The notes beneath the pieces were generated by a model. The model had not been told where the DNA came from. It ran no database searches and saw only the letters and a list, made by a program, of their open reading frames with translations. A stretch of DNA of 64,000 bases from the human T2T-CHM13v2.0 reference genome, Homo sapiens, in assembly GCF_009914755.1 (NCBI RefSeq), contig NC_060933.1, one strand, 5' to 3'. Both the position numbers and the translations under genes were made by a program. Below are positions 1 through 12,250 of this stretch, one piece after another (position 1 is the stretch's first letter; each line of letters begins with the position of its first letter).

Positions 1-299
1 GAAGAGAGTGGGGGCCAATATTCAACATTCTTAAAGAAAAGAATTTTTAAACCAGAATTTCATATCCAGCCAAACGAAGCATCATAAGTGAAGGAGAACT
101 AATATCCTTTACAGACAAGTAAATGCTGAGAGATTTTGTCACCACCATGCCTGCCTTACAAGAGCTCCTGAAGGAAGCAATAAACATGGAAAGGAACAAC
201 TGGTACCAGCCACTGCAAAAACATGCCAAATTGTAAAGACTGTCAATGCTATGAAGAAACTGCATCAACTACTGGGCAAAATAACGAGCTAACATCATA

Positions 300-2531
300 A
301 TGACAGGATCAAACTCACACATAACAATATTAACCTTAAATGTAAATGGGCTAAATGCTCCAATTAAAAGACACAGACTGGCAAATTCGATAAAGAGCCA
401 AGACCCGTCACTGTGCTGTATTCAGGAGACCCACCTCACATGCAGAGACACACATAGGCTCAAAATAAAGGGATGGAGGAAGATCTGCCAAGCAAATGGA
501 AAACAAAAAAAAGCAGGGGTTGCAATCCTAGTCTCTGATAAAACAGACTTTAAACCAAGAAAGATCAAAAGAGACAAAGAAGGCCATTACATGATGGTAA
601 AGGGATCATTTCAACAAGAAGAGCTAACTATCCTAAATATATATGCACCCAATACAGGAGCACCCAGATTCATAAAACAAGTCCTTAGAGACCTACAAAG
701 AGACTTAGACTCCCACACAATAATAATGGGAGACTTTAACACCCCACTGTCAACATTAGACAGATCAACGAGACAGAAAGTTAACAAGGATATCCAGGAA
801 TTGAATTCAGCTCTGCACCAAGCGGACCTAATAGATATCTACAGAACTCTCCAGCCCAAATCAACAGAATATACATTCTTCTCAGCACATCACACTTATT
901 CCAAAATTGACCACACAGTTGGAAGTAAAGCACTCCTCAGCAAATGTAAAAGAACAGAAATTATAACAAACTGTCTCTCAGACCACAGTGCAATCAAATT
1001 AGAACTCAGGATTAAGAAACTCACTCAAAACCACTCAACTACCTGGAAACTGAACAACCTGCTCCTGAATGACTACTGGGTACATAACAAAATGAAGGCA
1101 GAAATAAAGATGTTCTTTAAAACCAATGAGAACAAAGATACAACATACCAGAATCTCTGGGACACATTTAAAGCAGTGTGTAGAGGGAAATTTATAGCAC
1201 TAAATGCCCACAAGAGAAAGCAGGAAAGATCTAAAATTGACACCCTAACATCACAATTCAAAGAACTAGAGATGCAAGAGCAAACACATTCAAAAGCTAG
1301 CAGAAGGCAAGAAATAATTAAGATCGGAGCAAAACTGAAGGAGATAGACACAAAAAACCTTTCAAAAAAAATCAATGAATCCAGGAGCTGGTTTTCTGAA
1401 AAGATCAACAAAATCGATAGACCACTAGCAAGACTAATAAAGAAGAAAAGAGAGAAGAATCAAATAGATGCAATAAAAAGTGATAAAGGGGAGATCACCA
1501 CCAATCCCACAGAAGTACAAACTACCATCAGAGAATACTATAAACACCTCTACACAAATAAACCAGAAAATCTAGAAGAAATGGATAAATTCCTTGACAC
1601 ATACACCCTCCCAAGACTAAACCAGGAAGAAGTTGAATCCCTGAATAGACCAATAACAGGCTCTGAAATTGAGGCAATAATTAATAGCCCACCAACCAAA
1701 AAAAGTCCAGGACCAGATGGATTCACAGCCGAATTCTACCAGAGGTACAAAGACGAGCTGCTACCATTCCTTCTGAAACTATTCCAATCAAAAGAAAAAG
1801 AGGGAGTCCTCCCTAACTCATTTTATGAGGCCAGCATCATCCTGATACCAAAGCCTGGCAGAGACACAACAAAAAAAGAGAATTTTAGACCAATATCCCT
1901 GATGAACATTGATGCAAAAATCCTTGATAAAATACTGGCAAACCGAATCCAGCACTATATCAAAAAGCTTATCCATCACAATCAAGTTGGCTTCATCCCT
2001 GGGATGCAAGGCTGGTTCAACATACACAAATCAATCAACATAATCTATCATATAAACAGAACCAAAGACAAAAACCACGTGATTATCTCAATAGATGCAG
2101 AAAAGGCCTTCAACAAAATTCAACAGCCCTTCATGCTAAAAACTCTCAATAAACTAGGTGTTGATGGGATGCATCTCAAAATAATAAGAGCTATTTATGA
2201 CAAACCCACAGACACTATGATACTGAATGGGCAAAAACTGGAAGCATTCCCTTTAAAAACTGGCACAAGACAGGGATGCCCTCTCTCACCACTCCTATTC
2301 AACATAGTGTTGGAAGTTCTGGCCAGCGCAATCAGGCAGGAGAAGGAAATAAAGGGTATTCAATTAGGAAAAGAGGAAGTCAAATTTTCCTTGTTTGCAG
2401 ATGACATGATTGTATATTTAGAAAACCCCATCGTGTCAGCCCAATATCTCCTTAAGCTGATGAGCAACTTCAGCAAAGTCTCAGGATACAAAATCAATGT
2501 AAAACTCACAAGTATTCCTATACACCAATAA
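300..2531 (+). pseudogene. L1 ORF2p N-terminal 743 aa (APE endonuclease plus most of the RT), frameshifted at about 2500
   Basis: QETH, GDFN, SKIDH and SDH endonuclease motifs; QGCPLSP and FADD RT motifs. Confidence 0.9.
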
Positions 2532-2549
2532 CAGACAGAGAGCCAAATC

Positions 2550-3771
2550 ATGAGTGAACTCCCATTCACGATTGCTTCAAAGAGAATAAAATACTTATAT
2601 TTTATTCAACTTATAAGGGATGTGAAGGACCTCTTTAAGGAGAGCTACAAAACACTGCTCAACAAAATAAAAGAGGACACAAACAAATGGAGGAACATTC
2701 CATGCTCATGGATAGGAAGAATCAGTATCGTGAAAATGGCCATACTGCCCAAGGTAATTTATAGATTTAATGCCATCCCCATCAAGCTACCAATGACTTT
2801 CTTCACAGAATTGGAAAAAAACACTTTAAAGTTCATATGGAACCAAAAAAGAGCCCGCATTGCCAAGACAATCCTAAGCCAGAAGACCAAAGCTGGAGAC
2901 ATCATGCTACCTGACTTTAAACTATACTACAAGGCTACAGTAACCAAAACAACACGGTACTGGTCCCAAAACAGAAATATAGACCACTGGAACAGAACAG
3001 AGCCCTCAGAAATAACACCACACCTCTACAACCATCTGATCTTTGACAAACCTGACAAAAACAAGCAACGGGGAAAGGATTCCCTATTTAATAAATGGTG
3101 CTGGGAAAACTGGCTAGCCATATGTAGAAAGCTGAAACTGGATCCCTTCCTTACACCATATACAAAAATTAATTCAAGATGGATTAAAGACTTAAATGTT
3201 AAACCTAAAACAATAAAAACCCTAGAAAAAAACCTAGGCAATACCATTCAGGACATAGGCACGGGCAAGGACTTCATGTCTAAAACACAAAAAGCAGTGG
3301 CAGCAAAAGCCAAAATAGACAAATGGGATCTAATTAAACTAAAGAGCCTCTGCACAGCAAAAGAAACTACCATCAGAGTGAACAGGCAACCTACAGAATG
3401 GGAGAAAATTTTTGCAATCTACTCATCTCACAAAGGGCTAATATCCAGAATCTACAAAGAACTCAAACATATTTACAAGAAAAAAACAAACAACCCCATC
3501 AAAAAGTGGACAAAGGATATGAACAGACACTTCTCAAAAGAAGACATTTATGCAGCCAACAGACACATTAAAAAAATGCTCATCATCACTGGTCATCAGA
3601 GAAATGCAAATCAAAGCCACAATGAGGTACCGTCTCACACCAGTTAGAATGGCGATCATTAAAAAGTCAGGAAACAACAGGTGCTGGAGAGGATGTGGAA
3701 AAATAGGAACACTTTTACACTGTTGGTGGGAATGTAAACTAGTTCAACCATTGTGGAAGACAGTGTGGTGA
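2550..3771 (+). pseudogene. L1 ORF2p C-terminal fragments (frameshifted)
   Basis: ORFs 2550-3647 and 3550-3771 match ORF2p (KWCWENW, CWRGCG..HCWWEC). Confidence 0.85.
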
Positions 3772-3876
3772 TTCCTCATGGATCTAGAACTATAAATACC
3801 ATTTGACCCAGCCATCCCATTACTGGGTATATTCCCAAAGGATTATAAATCATGCTGCTATAAAGACACATGCACA

Positions 3877-4025
3877 AGCCAGGTGATATCTTGCAAAGCT
3901 CAAAATGTACTTATGCTATTACCCATCAGTTGCACCCCTAGAAATTACTTCAGAGGAACAGCAGAAAACATAAGACAATTCATCACAGCCTCATTTTTTA
4001 TACAGAAAAACTGGAAAAAAAAAGC
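3877..4025 (+). mobile_element. Ancient L1M (L1ME-like) fragment
   Basis: Degenerate similarity to the L1 ORF2 3' end. Confidence 0.4.
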
Positions 4026-4234
4026 AGTGTTTCATTATCCTGCTACCTAGGTTCTAATATTAAATTCAGCTGCAATCTGAAAATTTAAACCAATACAACT
4101 CAGGGCACTCGTTCTTTCGTTTATTTTGGTTGAAGTTCCTTGTCCTGAGCACATTTTTCCACTCTGTTTTCTAAGATCTTTAAATCTCATTTTACATTTC
4201 TAAGTATAGTTATGGACTTAATTATAAATTAATT

Positions 4235-4460
4235 GTAGCATATAGTAGTGAAAAGCACAGTTTTGAATCCTAACTCCTGCACTCAACATTTTCAAAGTCA
4301 TTAACCTCTCTATGTCTGTTTCCTTGTATGTAAAATGAGGATAAGAATAGTTCCCATCTACACAGGGTTGTTCCTGTGATTAAGAGAGTGAACTGCTTGG
4401 AATAATGACTTGCAAATAGTAAGCACAACATACATTTTTACTATTTCCATTATTATTATT
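4235..4460 (+). mobile_element. MIR SINE
   Basis: Core ttaacctctct..gtttccttgtatgtaaaatgaggataa..acagggttgtt, with a (TTA)n tail. Confidence 0.8.
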
Positions 4461-5441
4461 ATTATTACCAGTAGTGATGATAATAATAGTGAAGGAGGAG
4501 GAGTGGAAGCTGTTACAGTAGTAGCAGTAATGCTATGAGCAGCATGAACAACTCCAAGCCAGGTGTACATATATGCCCATTGATAAGATATATTCCTAGA
4601 CACCCCAGAATAACTAAATATTTCAGTTCTTTGAAACTTTTAACTACTAAGACAACAATGTGATACTTGAGACATCAAGTCTGCAGATTTCAACTTAGTA
4701 TTTTCTCCTTTACTTCTATGGGAAGACAAGGAAGAGGAAAGAAAGTGGGAGAGAGGAAGGAGTAGAGGAGAATTATATATATGTTGCTTCTATTTCGTAT
4801 TATACCATGTAATAAATATTTGAAATGTGATCTTATTTGGAGAACTGACAAAATATATTGCCTTATCAACATGAAGGATCATCTGAACATATTTCTTTAG
4901 AAATGTTTATAATATAAAATCAGTCACTGTCATATCAGTGACTTTATGAAGTTTTATAATGTGAGATATTTTCAAAGAAAACTATATTATATACTGTCCT
5001 CATAGCAACTTAGACTTGCAATTTTTTAAGTGCAGAAATTCTTTGCATGAGTAAACTATGATATGAGATTTTAGAGTTTATACTTACAATGATTTTTTGG
5101 AAGTAACAGTTCAAATTGTGTTTCATATTTGTTTCCTAGAATAAAATATTTTTATATGTGAATAAATACTAAACATAATCTTTGAATTCCAATGTGCCAC
5201 AGTCTGACAACTGTGCATGGCCATTGCTCTGCATGTATCTGCATGGCTTTACATTGCACTGCATAGCTCTACATGGCTGCTGCAAACCTTTGAAACTGGC
5301 TTGATCTATAGCACAGAGCACTGCTGATGTTATCCTCATGTCCTTTCTGCAATATACAGCCACCATAACAGTTCCATGCACAAGACCAAATGATAGTCAG
5401 ACACACAAATGTAGAATCATTCCTCTTCCTGTTTTACCAAG

Positions 5442-5613
5442 ACAGTAGTTCTAAACTCAGATACATAATAAAATAATCTGAGGAACTTTTGAAACGTACT
5501 GAAGCCCAGGCCCCAGATTCACAAGCTGAATTGTTCTGGGACGTGGCATGAGCAATGGTACTTTTAAAAGTGCTCCGGACAGTCTAATGAACAGTGTTGA
5601 GAATTACTGATCT
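5442..5613. mobile_element. MER5-like hAT-Charlie MITE
   Basis: Termini cagtagttctaaa ... ttgagaattactg; internal tactgaagcccaggcccc. Confidence 0.7.
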
Positions 5614-5819
5614 AAGGTACATGGAAAAGACCTGAATGGTACTACCATGCAGACTATGTATAAATGTGTTCTTTTCTAATAGCAAAAGCAAAAAAGTCTC
5701 CAAGGGAGATACTTATCTAAGAAGATATAATCCTGACTTCTCTGAAATAGACATACATATAAATTATTATATTAATGTAGAAAATCAGCGTGATCTGATC
5801 ACTAGACGGTGTTAGAAAT

Positions 5820-5891
5820 ACAACCATTTTCCAAATAGGCAGATTTATTTGCTGAAGTTACTTTGCAGAAATATGCCACACCCATGGAGAT
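5820..5891 (+). repeat. 72-bp segment duplicated at 6949-7020 (copy 1)
   Basis: 70 of 72 positions identical by direct comparison. Confidence 0.95.
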
Positions 5892-6269
5892 GGTTCATGA
5901 AGCTGAACAACCTAGGTATTACTGATTGAAATAATAATCACCTGATTATACAAAAAGGGAAAGAAGTTATCAGTTACATTTAATCACTGTTTTTAGCTCA
6001 TATTTAATCAAATAAAATAGTACGTTAAAAATTCTTCGAAAAAGTTATTGCTACTTGACATAATGACATTTTTAAGGTTCTTTTTACCTCTCTGTGGGAT
6101 TGGAAGCTCTGGAACACAGAGGCTAGGACGCATCTGAGGTTAGAACGACCAATAACAGAACATAGAAATGACTTTCATAACACCAGAGCAAGAGCCCTGA
6201 CCATGCTGCCCATGCTCCTAAAAGTATCTCCAGAATGAGAAGGCAAACTATGTGAAGTAGAGACAATAA

Positions 6270-6720
6270 TAAATAAAATAATTAAAGGAAATATGTCTGA
6301 GCTTGGCTCTTTAGGAAGAAAGGGCCCCTCTGAATGCAGAACATAAATATTGATAGAAGGTACATATTTAGACATATCCTAGGGAAAATTCTGAATTGCA
6401 ATGACAGAAGAAATCCCATAAGCTTCCATAAAGAAAAATGAAATAGGTTGTCTTCAAATGAAAGAGAATTAATCTGTCTTCACATTTCTCATCTGCAAGA
6501 TTAATGCTAGAAAATAATAAAGCAATGTTACATAGTTCTGGATAAAAACGGATTGTGGCCATGGGCTTATACCCAGACAAATTTTATCCATGTACGTGGC
6601 AAAAGAAAGGCATTCAGACACATCAGAATTCATGAAATATAGTATTCGCTTCACTCTTTGAGAACATTTTCTGAGGAATTACTCTAGGGAAACAAAATAA
6701 ATCAAAAGAAATATATCAGC
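6270..6720 (+). mobile_element. Ancient L1M/HAL1-like ORF1 relic
   Basis: Degenerate ORF1 C-terminal-like stretches (tagacatatcct, ttctcatctgcaa..gctagaa, tatacccagacaa). Confidence 0.5.
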
Positions 6721-6881
6721 ATGGTTCTCAATAGAATATTTTGAAACCCTTGGAAGGATAATGTACAACCTCATAGATTAGAATTGAAAAAGAAAAAGGT
6801 CTACAAGTTATTAAGTAAAGGGGTTGATATTAAGACAGTGAGTTCATTATAATTCATTATATATATATGGCTATATAGATA

Positions 6882-6885
<4 letters not shown>

Positions 6886-6947
<62 letters not shown>

Positions 6948-7093
6948 CACAACCATTTTCCACATAGGCAGATTTATTTGCTGAAGTTACTTTGCAGAAA
7001 TATACCACACCCATGGAGATATATAGATATAGATATAGATACAGATATAGATATAGATATCTATATATGTAGATAGATATAGATAGAGAGAGA
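6886..7093. repeat. Compound microsatellite (TC)n(TA)n ... (ATATAG)n, interrupted by the 72-bp duplicate at 6949-7020
   Basis: Directly visible. Confidence 0.95.
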
Positions 7094-7989
7094 TGCTGTG
7101 TAACTCTGAAGATTAGTACGGTTAGTGTTTTATTTTTCAAAGGGAGAGAGGTAATAGGGAAAAATGCCAGATGCCCTGGCACACCTTAATTTATTTTTTA
7201 ATCACATCCAGCTTAAACAGTAACAAATAGGCCTTCAAGTCTGCTCAGACTGGAACAGTAGCTCCAAGATTTCTTTTGAAGTTTGGGTCAGGGAAACCTC
7301 AGCCTGGATTACCAGCACTGTGATGGGGTTTAGAGCCAACTCCCTAGTAATGTGTTGCCTTTCTTTGCATCTTTGTACATCTCTCTCTTACACTCAGGGA
7401 CCTTGTAGGAATGGTAGTTGTGGTTGAATATAGCATACAGATATCACTAGGACCCTCTCCAAATGCTGTCACAATCCTCACATTGTCACATAACGGCACC
7501 CTGAGCTGGGCCTGATACACACCCTGCTCCACATCCGTGACTGGTGGAAAAAAAAAATGTCTTGGCCTCATTCAAAACGTATTCTCCTTGATTCATTTTC
7601 AAACCAGCAAACAATGGTGCAAAGATTATCAGTTGATGATACAAGTGAGTGAGTGTATGCAGACTTCTTGTCTTTAGAGTTTTTCACACAAGCAAGACTG
7701 AAGTTTGGTGGTCATATATCATCTTCATAGAGCCAAGAACCAGCTAGGTCACAGACCTCACTGCATTTTATACCATGCTGCTAAGCTAAGGGAGGATCCC
7801 GTCAGCAGTCTGTCTGCTTCCAGCTTCTATTTCTTCCTGCAGTAGGTCTGCCAGGGCCTACACATACAACTTCTCACTGTGAGAAACCAGTTCTCAGGTC
7901 ATTTTCAACTACTTTCCTAAATCTTTCATAGTTCGATTGCACACAAATTTACTTTTGCATATATATCCCAAAGTAATAACCTAAAAATA

Positions 7990-8325
7990 AAACTCTTTGA
8001 ATATTAAGATATCCATTGCAGTGTTCTTTATATTAATGAAAGCTGGAAACAATTTTAATGTCTAATAATGTAAGAATAGTTATGTAAATTATGGCATTTC
8101 CACCCCATGGAATATTATACAACCATTACAATTATAATTATACAAATTTATCTCAGTTTAAAAACATTTTGACATAATTGAATGGAAAAAAGCAAAACCA
8201 AGAGTACACAATTATACCTATATTTTTCATTTAATTTTGCAAAATAGCTACCCAAATAGACAATAACCAAAAGCAGACATACAATGATTATATTTTTGGA
8301 AATGACAGAATTCTGGATATGATGA
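7990..8325 (+). mobile_element. L1ME-type 3' fragment
   Basis: ctggaaacaa..aaattatggcat..catggaatattatacaaccatta. Confidence 0.65.
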
Positions 8326-8640
8326 CTCCTAATTTGTTTGGTTTTCATTTAGCAATCCATTATTTTCACTCAGAGATAAGTCAAAAAAAAACTTCTTAAA
8401 TTAAATTTTGAGTTCCTACCGTATGTAAGTCATTTTGCTAAATGTATGTGGCAATGCAAAGATGATGCTTAAAATGCATTCTTTCCTATGGAATTTGTAA
8501 TGCAATTAGTGGAAAATCTATGTGTGTAATTTTTGCAAAGGGTTTAGGGTGAGATACTCTCAGAATTAACAAAGGAACACTTAAAATCCATTTTTCCTCT
8601 TCTTCCTGTAGTTTTATATAATGTTTTTAAGTTAACTTAG

Positions 8641-9000
8641 TGTAATAGTCCATTTTCACACTGCTATAAAGAAATACCCAAGACTGGGCAATGTATAAAG
8701 GAAAAAGTTTTGACTCACAGTTCCATATGCCTGGGGAGGCCTCAGGAAACTTACAAACATGGCAGCAGGTGAAGCAGGCACGTCTTACCTGGCAGCAGGC
8801 AAGACAGCATGTGTCAGCACAAGAAAAACTACCATTTATAAAACAATCAGATCTCATGAGAATTCACTCACTATCACGAGAACAGCATGGGGGAAACTGC
8901 CCCCATAATCCAGTCACTTCCTACCAGGTCTCTCCCTAAACACCTGGGGATTACAATTCAAGATGAGATTTGAATGACGACACAAAGCCTAACCCTATCA
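8641..9000 (-). mobile_element. MaLR solo LTR (THE1D/MSTA-like)
   Basis: TG..CA termini, perfect 5-bp TSD cttag (8636-8640 and 9001-9005), THE1/MST motifs. Confidence 0.92.
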
Positions 9001-10434
9001 CTTAGCAAAAGAAAAACTATCTAAAGAATAAAGAAATTAACAGAAAGCACTCATTTAGTATGGAGCCATGAGAAAATAAGATCAACTGAGGTAGAATTTA
9101 GTAATATCCCCTCCCTAGTTCTGCCCTAGAGAAAAGAAACTACTCCCAACAAGTGAAAGAATGTGGCCCTGAATCAGATGCAGTCCCAGAGTGGAGGAAG
9201 GGTCATTCATTTATTATCAACTGGTGTCACTTGTTACCAAGGTTTTCAACTCATTGCCAATATTTAGCTGATGGTAGTCTCACTGTCTTTGGAACTTTAA
9301 TTCAGGGAGGAGTGTGCCCTTAAGATTGCTCAGAACATTGTGATCTAGATGACTTTCTGTTTTCTAGATGACTTTCTCAGTTTTCATTGAGAAATAATGA
9401 ATTAACACAGTGCTCTTTATGACAGTCGGGTTACTGCAAAGCCACCTATCAGAAACAAGCCCTCATGGGATTCTGACATCATGGATCTCTTGCACCTACA
9501 AAGCTGAGGACTGGACATCTGAGGGAAGTGACAGCTCTGAGATAACTCTGCCTTTTTTTGCTCTGTCCAAGGGCCACAGCATTTTTAAAAATAACAGCCA
9601 CTCTGTCCTCCCTTCAAAATGCAACTTCCTTCACACAGACGCAGAGTGTAGAGTAGGTTGAGTCAGATGCTAAAATAGAGAAACTGAAAATCTGCAATAT
9701 GGAACCAGGAAAATGGAGGATGCATTCCAACGCAAGCACTGGGAAGAGATGAGCATGACTTGTGAGGTTAGGAAGGGCTCTTAGAAAATCTTGGAAGGAG
9801 ATAACATTAGTGATAGGCCTTTAAAGATGAATGGGCTTTTGCTGTGCTGGGAAGAAACAACTTTTCATTTTTCTGACTGTGTGGGATTTAAGCAGTGAGA
9901 GAAAGCAGAGTTACTGAGCACATGTACAGTGAATTGGGAAAGGGCACTACATGATATTATGCCCCTGCCTCCCAGACCTGGGGATCCAGCCTAAGATGTA
10001 GAGATGAACATGAGGTATAGCTACAGAAAGGCACTTACGAATCTAAAAATAAAATTCAGTAGTTAAATAGATTGCAATCTACTATGTGAGAACCCCTGAA
10101 TTTAAAAGGATATACTGAACTTCTCTCAAAGGGGGCATCAGTTGCAATGATGTGCTTTTGCTACTGCAAGACTTTCCAAAACACAGCTTGATATTTTGAG
10201 AATTTTACACCCAACAGTGGTCGAGAATATTAGTCCCAGAGGGGAGTTTTTATACAAGACAATTTTATCTTTGTAAAAACTACTCTCATATATAGTTCTA
10301 TCAATATGTACTCCAATTGGATATTATACTCTTATTAAAATATGTTTAGCAAAGGAAAAGAATATGCTGTACCATTAATATTTTATATCTTTAATTGATA
10401 GCATTCTTAAACTTGCATCCCCAGGGTAAGTGTT

Positions 10435-10970
10435 CATCAAGAGAATGAGATGACAAGCAGTAGACTGGGAGAAATATTTACAAAAGACACATCAGAAAAA
10501 TGACTGTTATCTAAAATATACAAAGAACTCTTAAAAATTAATAATAAAAACACAAACAACCCAATTTAAAAATGGGCCAAAAACTTTAATAGACATGTCA
10601 CCAAAAAAAATATACAAATGGCAAATAAGAAGATAAGAATGTTCCACACTGTATGTCTTCAGGGAAATTAAAACAACAATAAGACCCTACTACACACCTA
10701 TTAGAATGGCCAACATCCAAAACACAGACAACACCAAATGCTGGCAAGGATGTGGAGCAACAGAAAGTCTCATTCATTGCTGGTGGGAATACAAAATGGT
10801 ACAGCCATTGTGGCAAACAGTTTGGTGATTTCTTGCAAAATTAAATATGTTCTTACTATATGATTCGGCAATTGCACTTCTTGGTATTTACCAAAAGGAG
10901 TTGAAAACATGCCTGCACAAAAACCTGCACGTGAATGTTTATGAAACATTTATAATTGCTAAAATTTGGA
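10435..10970 (+). mobile_element. L1MC1-like ORF2 3' fragment
   Basis: gacaacaccaaatgctggcaaggatgtggagcaacag..cattcattgctggtgggaat. Confidence 0.85.
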
Positions 10971-11391
10971 GGCTTAAAACAACAACCATTATAATTTCTC
11001 ATGCTGTCATATCTCTATGGGTCCGCTGGGCACTCCTGCAGGGACCCAGCTCATACATGCATCCGTGGTCAGCTGGAAGACTGGCTGTAGCAAAGTCAGT
11101 CTAGGAAAGGCTTGCCTGGGAAGACAGCACTGCTCCTTATGATGCTCATCTTTCTAGAAGAAAATTCTGGACTTACGGTAGTGTCTGGGTTCCAAGATCA
11201 AGAATGGAAACATAAAAGGAACTGGCTTACTGTCACTTCAACCACATTCTGTTACCCAAGATAAGTCACAAGACAAGTACAGATCCAAGAATGAGAAAAT
11301 ATACTCTACTTCTTGATGTGAGGAGCTACAGAGTTATATTACAAAAAGTGTGAATACCAGAAGGCAGTAGAATTGTCATAAATTTACCACA
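10971..11391 (-). mobile_element. MLT1 (MLT1H-like) MaLR LTR
   Basis: ggcttaaaacaacaacc..gtcacttcaaccacattctgtt..aagtcacaag..taccaca. Confidence 0.7.
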
Positions 11392-11814
11392 AACATAAAT
11401 ATTATCCTGGAGTAGGTGTCTAGGAACATCGTAAGTAACCAAATATGATGAGTCCTTAGTGTCCCAAATGTACAACATGCATTTTCTTACACATCTAAAA
11501 GGATTAGAAACTCAGTAACAAGTCAACTTTCACCTAAATCACCCAAAGATACAATTTTATCACTCAGTAGAATGATATATCCATTTTCAGAAACTAAAGC
11601 TACTGTCTGTCATCCAGAACTCTCCTTTCCTGCCACTGAACTGTCTGGGAACCCAAATCAGACAGTTGTAAATAAGCAGAATATTAGAACCAAAAGTGAT
11701 TAGTCTCAGGTGAGATTGTTTTCTGACCATACTGAAGCCTGATGAAATACTCTACCCCACTGCTTGTCTTGTGATAAGAATGCCGTGTCTCACTCTCTTT
11801 CTCTCACTCCCTTT

Positions 11815-12250
11815 ATGCCCCAAAAGATATAATTACACTAAGGATCTTCAGATGACGACGTCATCCTGGATTATCTGGTCCTAAATTCAGCTACAGTAAT
11901 CCTTATAAGAATAAGGCACTCCAGCCTGGGCGACAGAGCGAGACTGTCTCAGAAAAAAAAAAGAATAAGGAAGAAGGAGATTAGACACAGAGAAGAGAAG
12001 GAGACAACGTGACTATGAAGGTGGAGATTGGTGTGATGCTTTCAGAAGTCAAGAAATCAAGAAACACAACAGCCACCAGAAGCTGGAAAGATAAAAGCAG
12101 ATCTTCCCCCAGAGCCTTCAGAAGAAACATGGCCTTGGCAACCCCTTAATTTTGGACTTCTGGACAACAGAACTGTGAGAGAATAATTTCTTGTTGTTTT
12201 AAGCCACCCAGTGTGTGGTAATTTGTTACAACCATCTCAGGAAACCCAGG
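11815..12250 (+). mobile_element. MLT1B/C MaLR LTR interrupted by a short Alu fragment
   Basis: catcctggattatctgg..gccaccagaagctgga..cagaactgtgagagaataa..ttttaagccacccag. Confidence 0.85.
11917..11960 (+). mobile_element. Extremely 5'-truncated Alu (3' end plus A tail)
   Basis: cactccagcctgggcgacagagcgagac..A-tail, flanked by TSD aagaataagg (11907-11916 and 11961-11970). Confidence 0.9.

Larger units (their letters stand above)
1..3876 (+). mobile_element. LINE-1 (L1PA6/7-like); enters the window in late ORF1 and stops near the end of ORF2 with no 3'UTR or poly(A)
   Basis: ORF1 C-terminus (..QPLQKHAKL*), spacer, ORF2 start [20 protein letters not shown]1 similarity ends at ..aaagacacatgcaca (3876). 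Confidence 0.95.

Noticed and set aside
9344-9385. Direct repeat tctagatgactttct twice
   Set aside because: Simple 19-bp slippage duplication, not an array.
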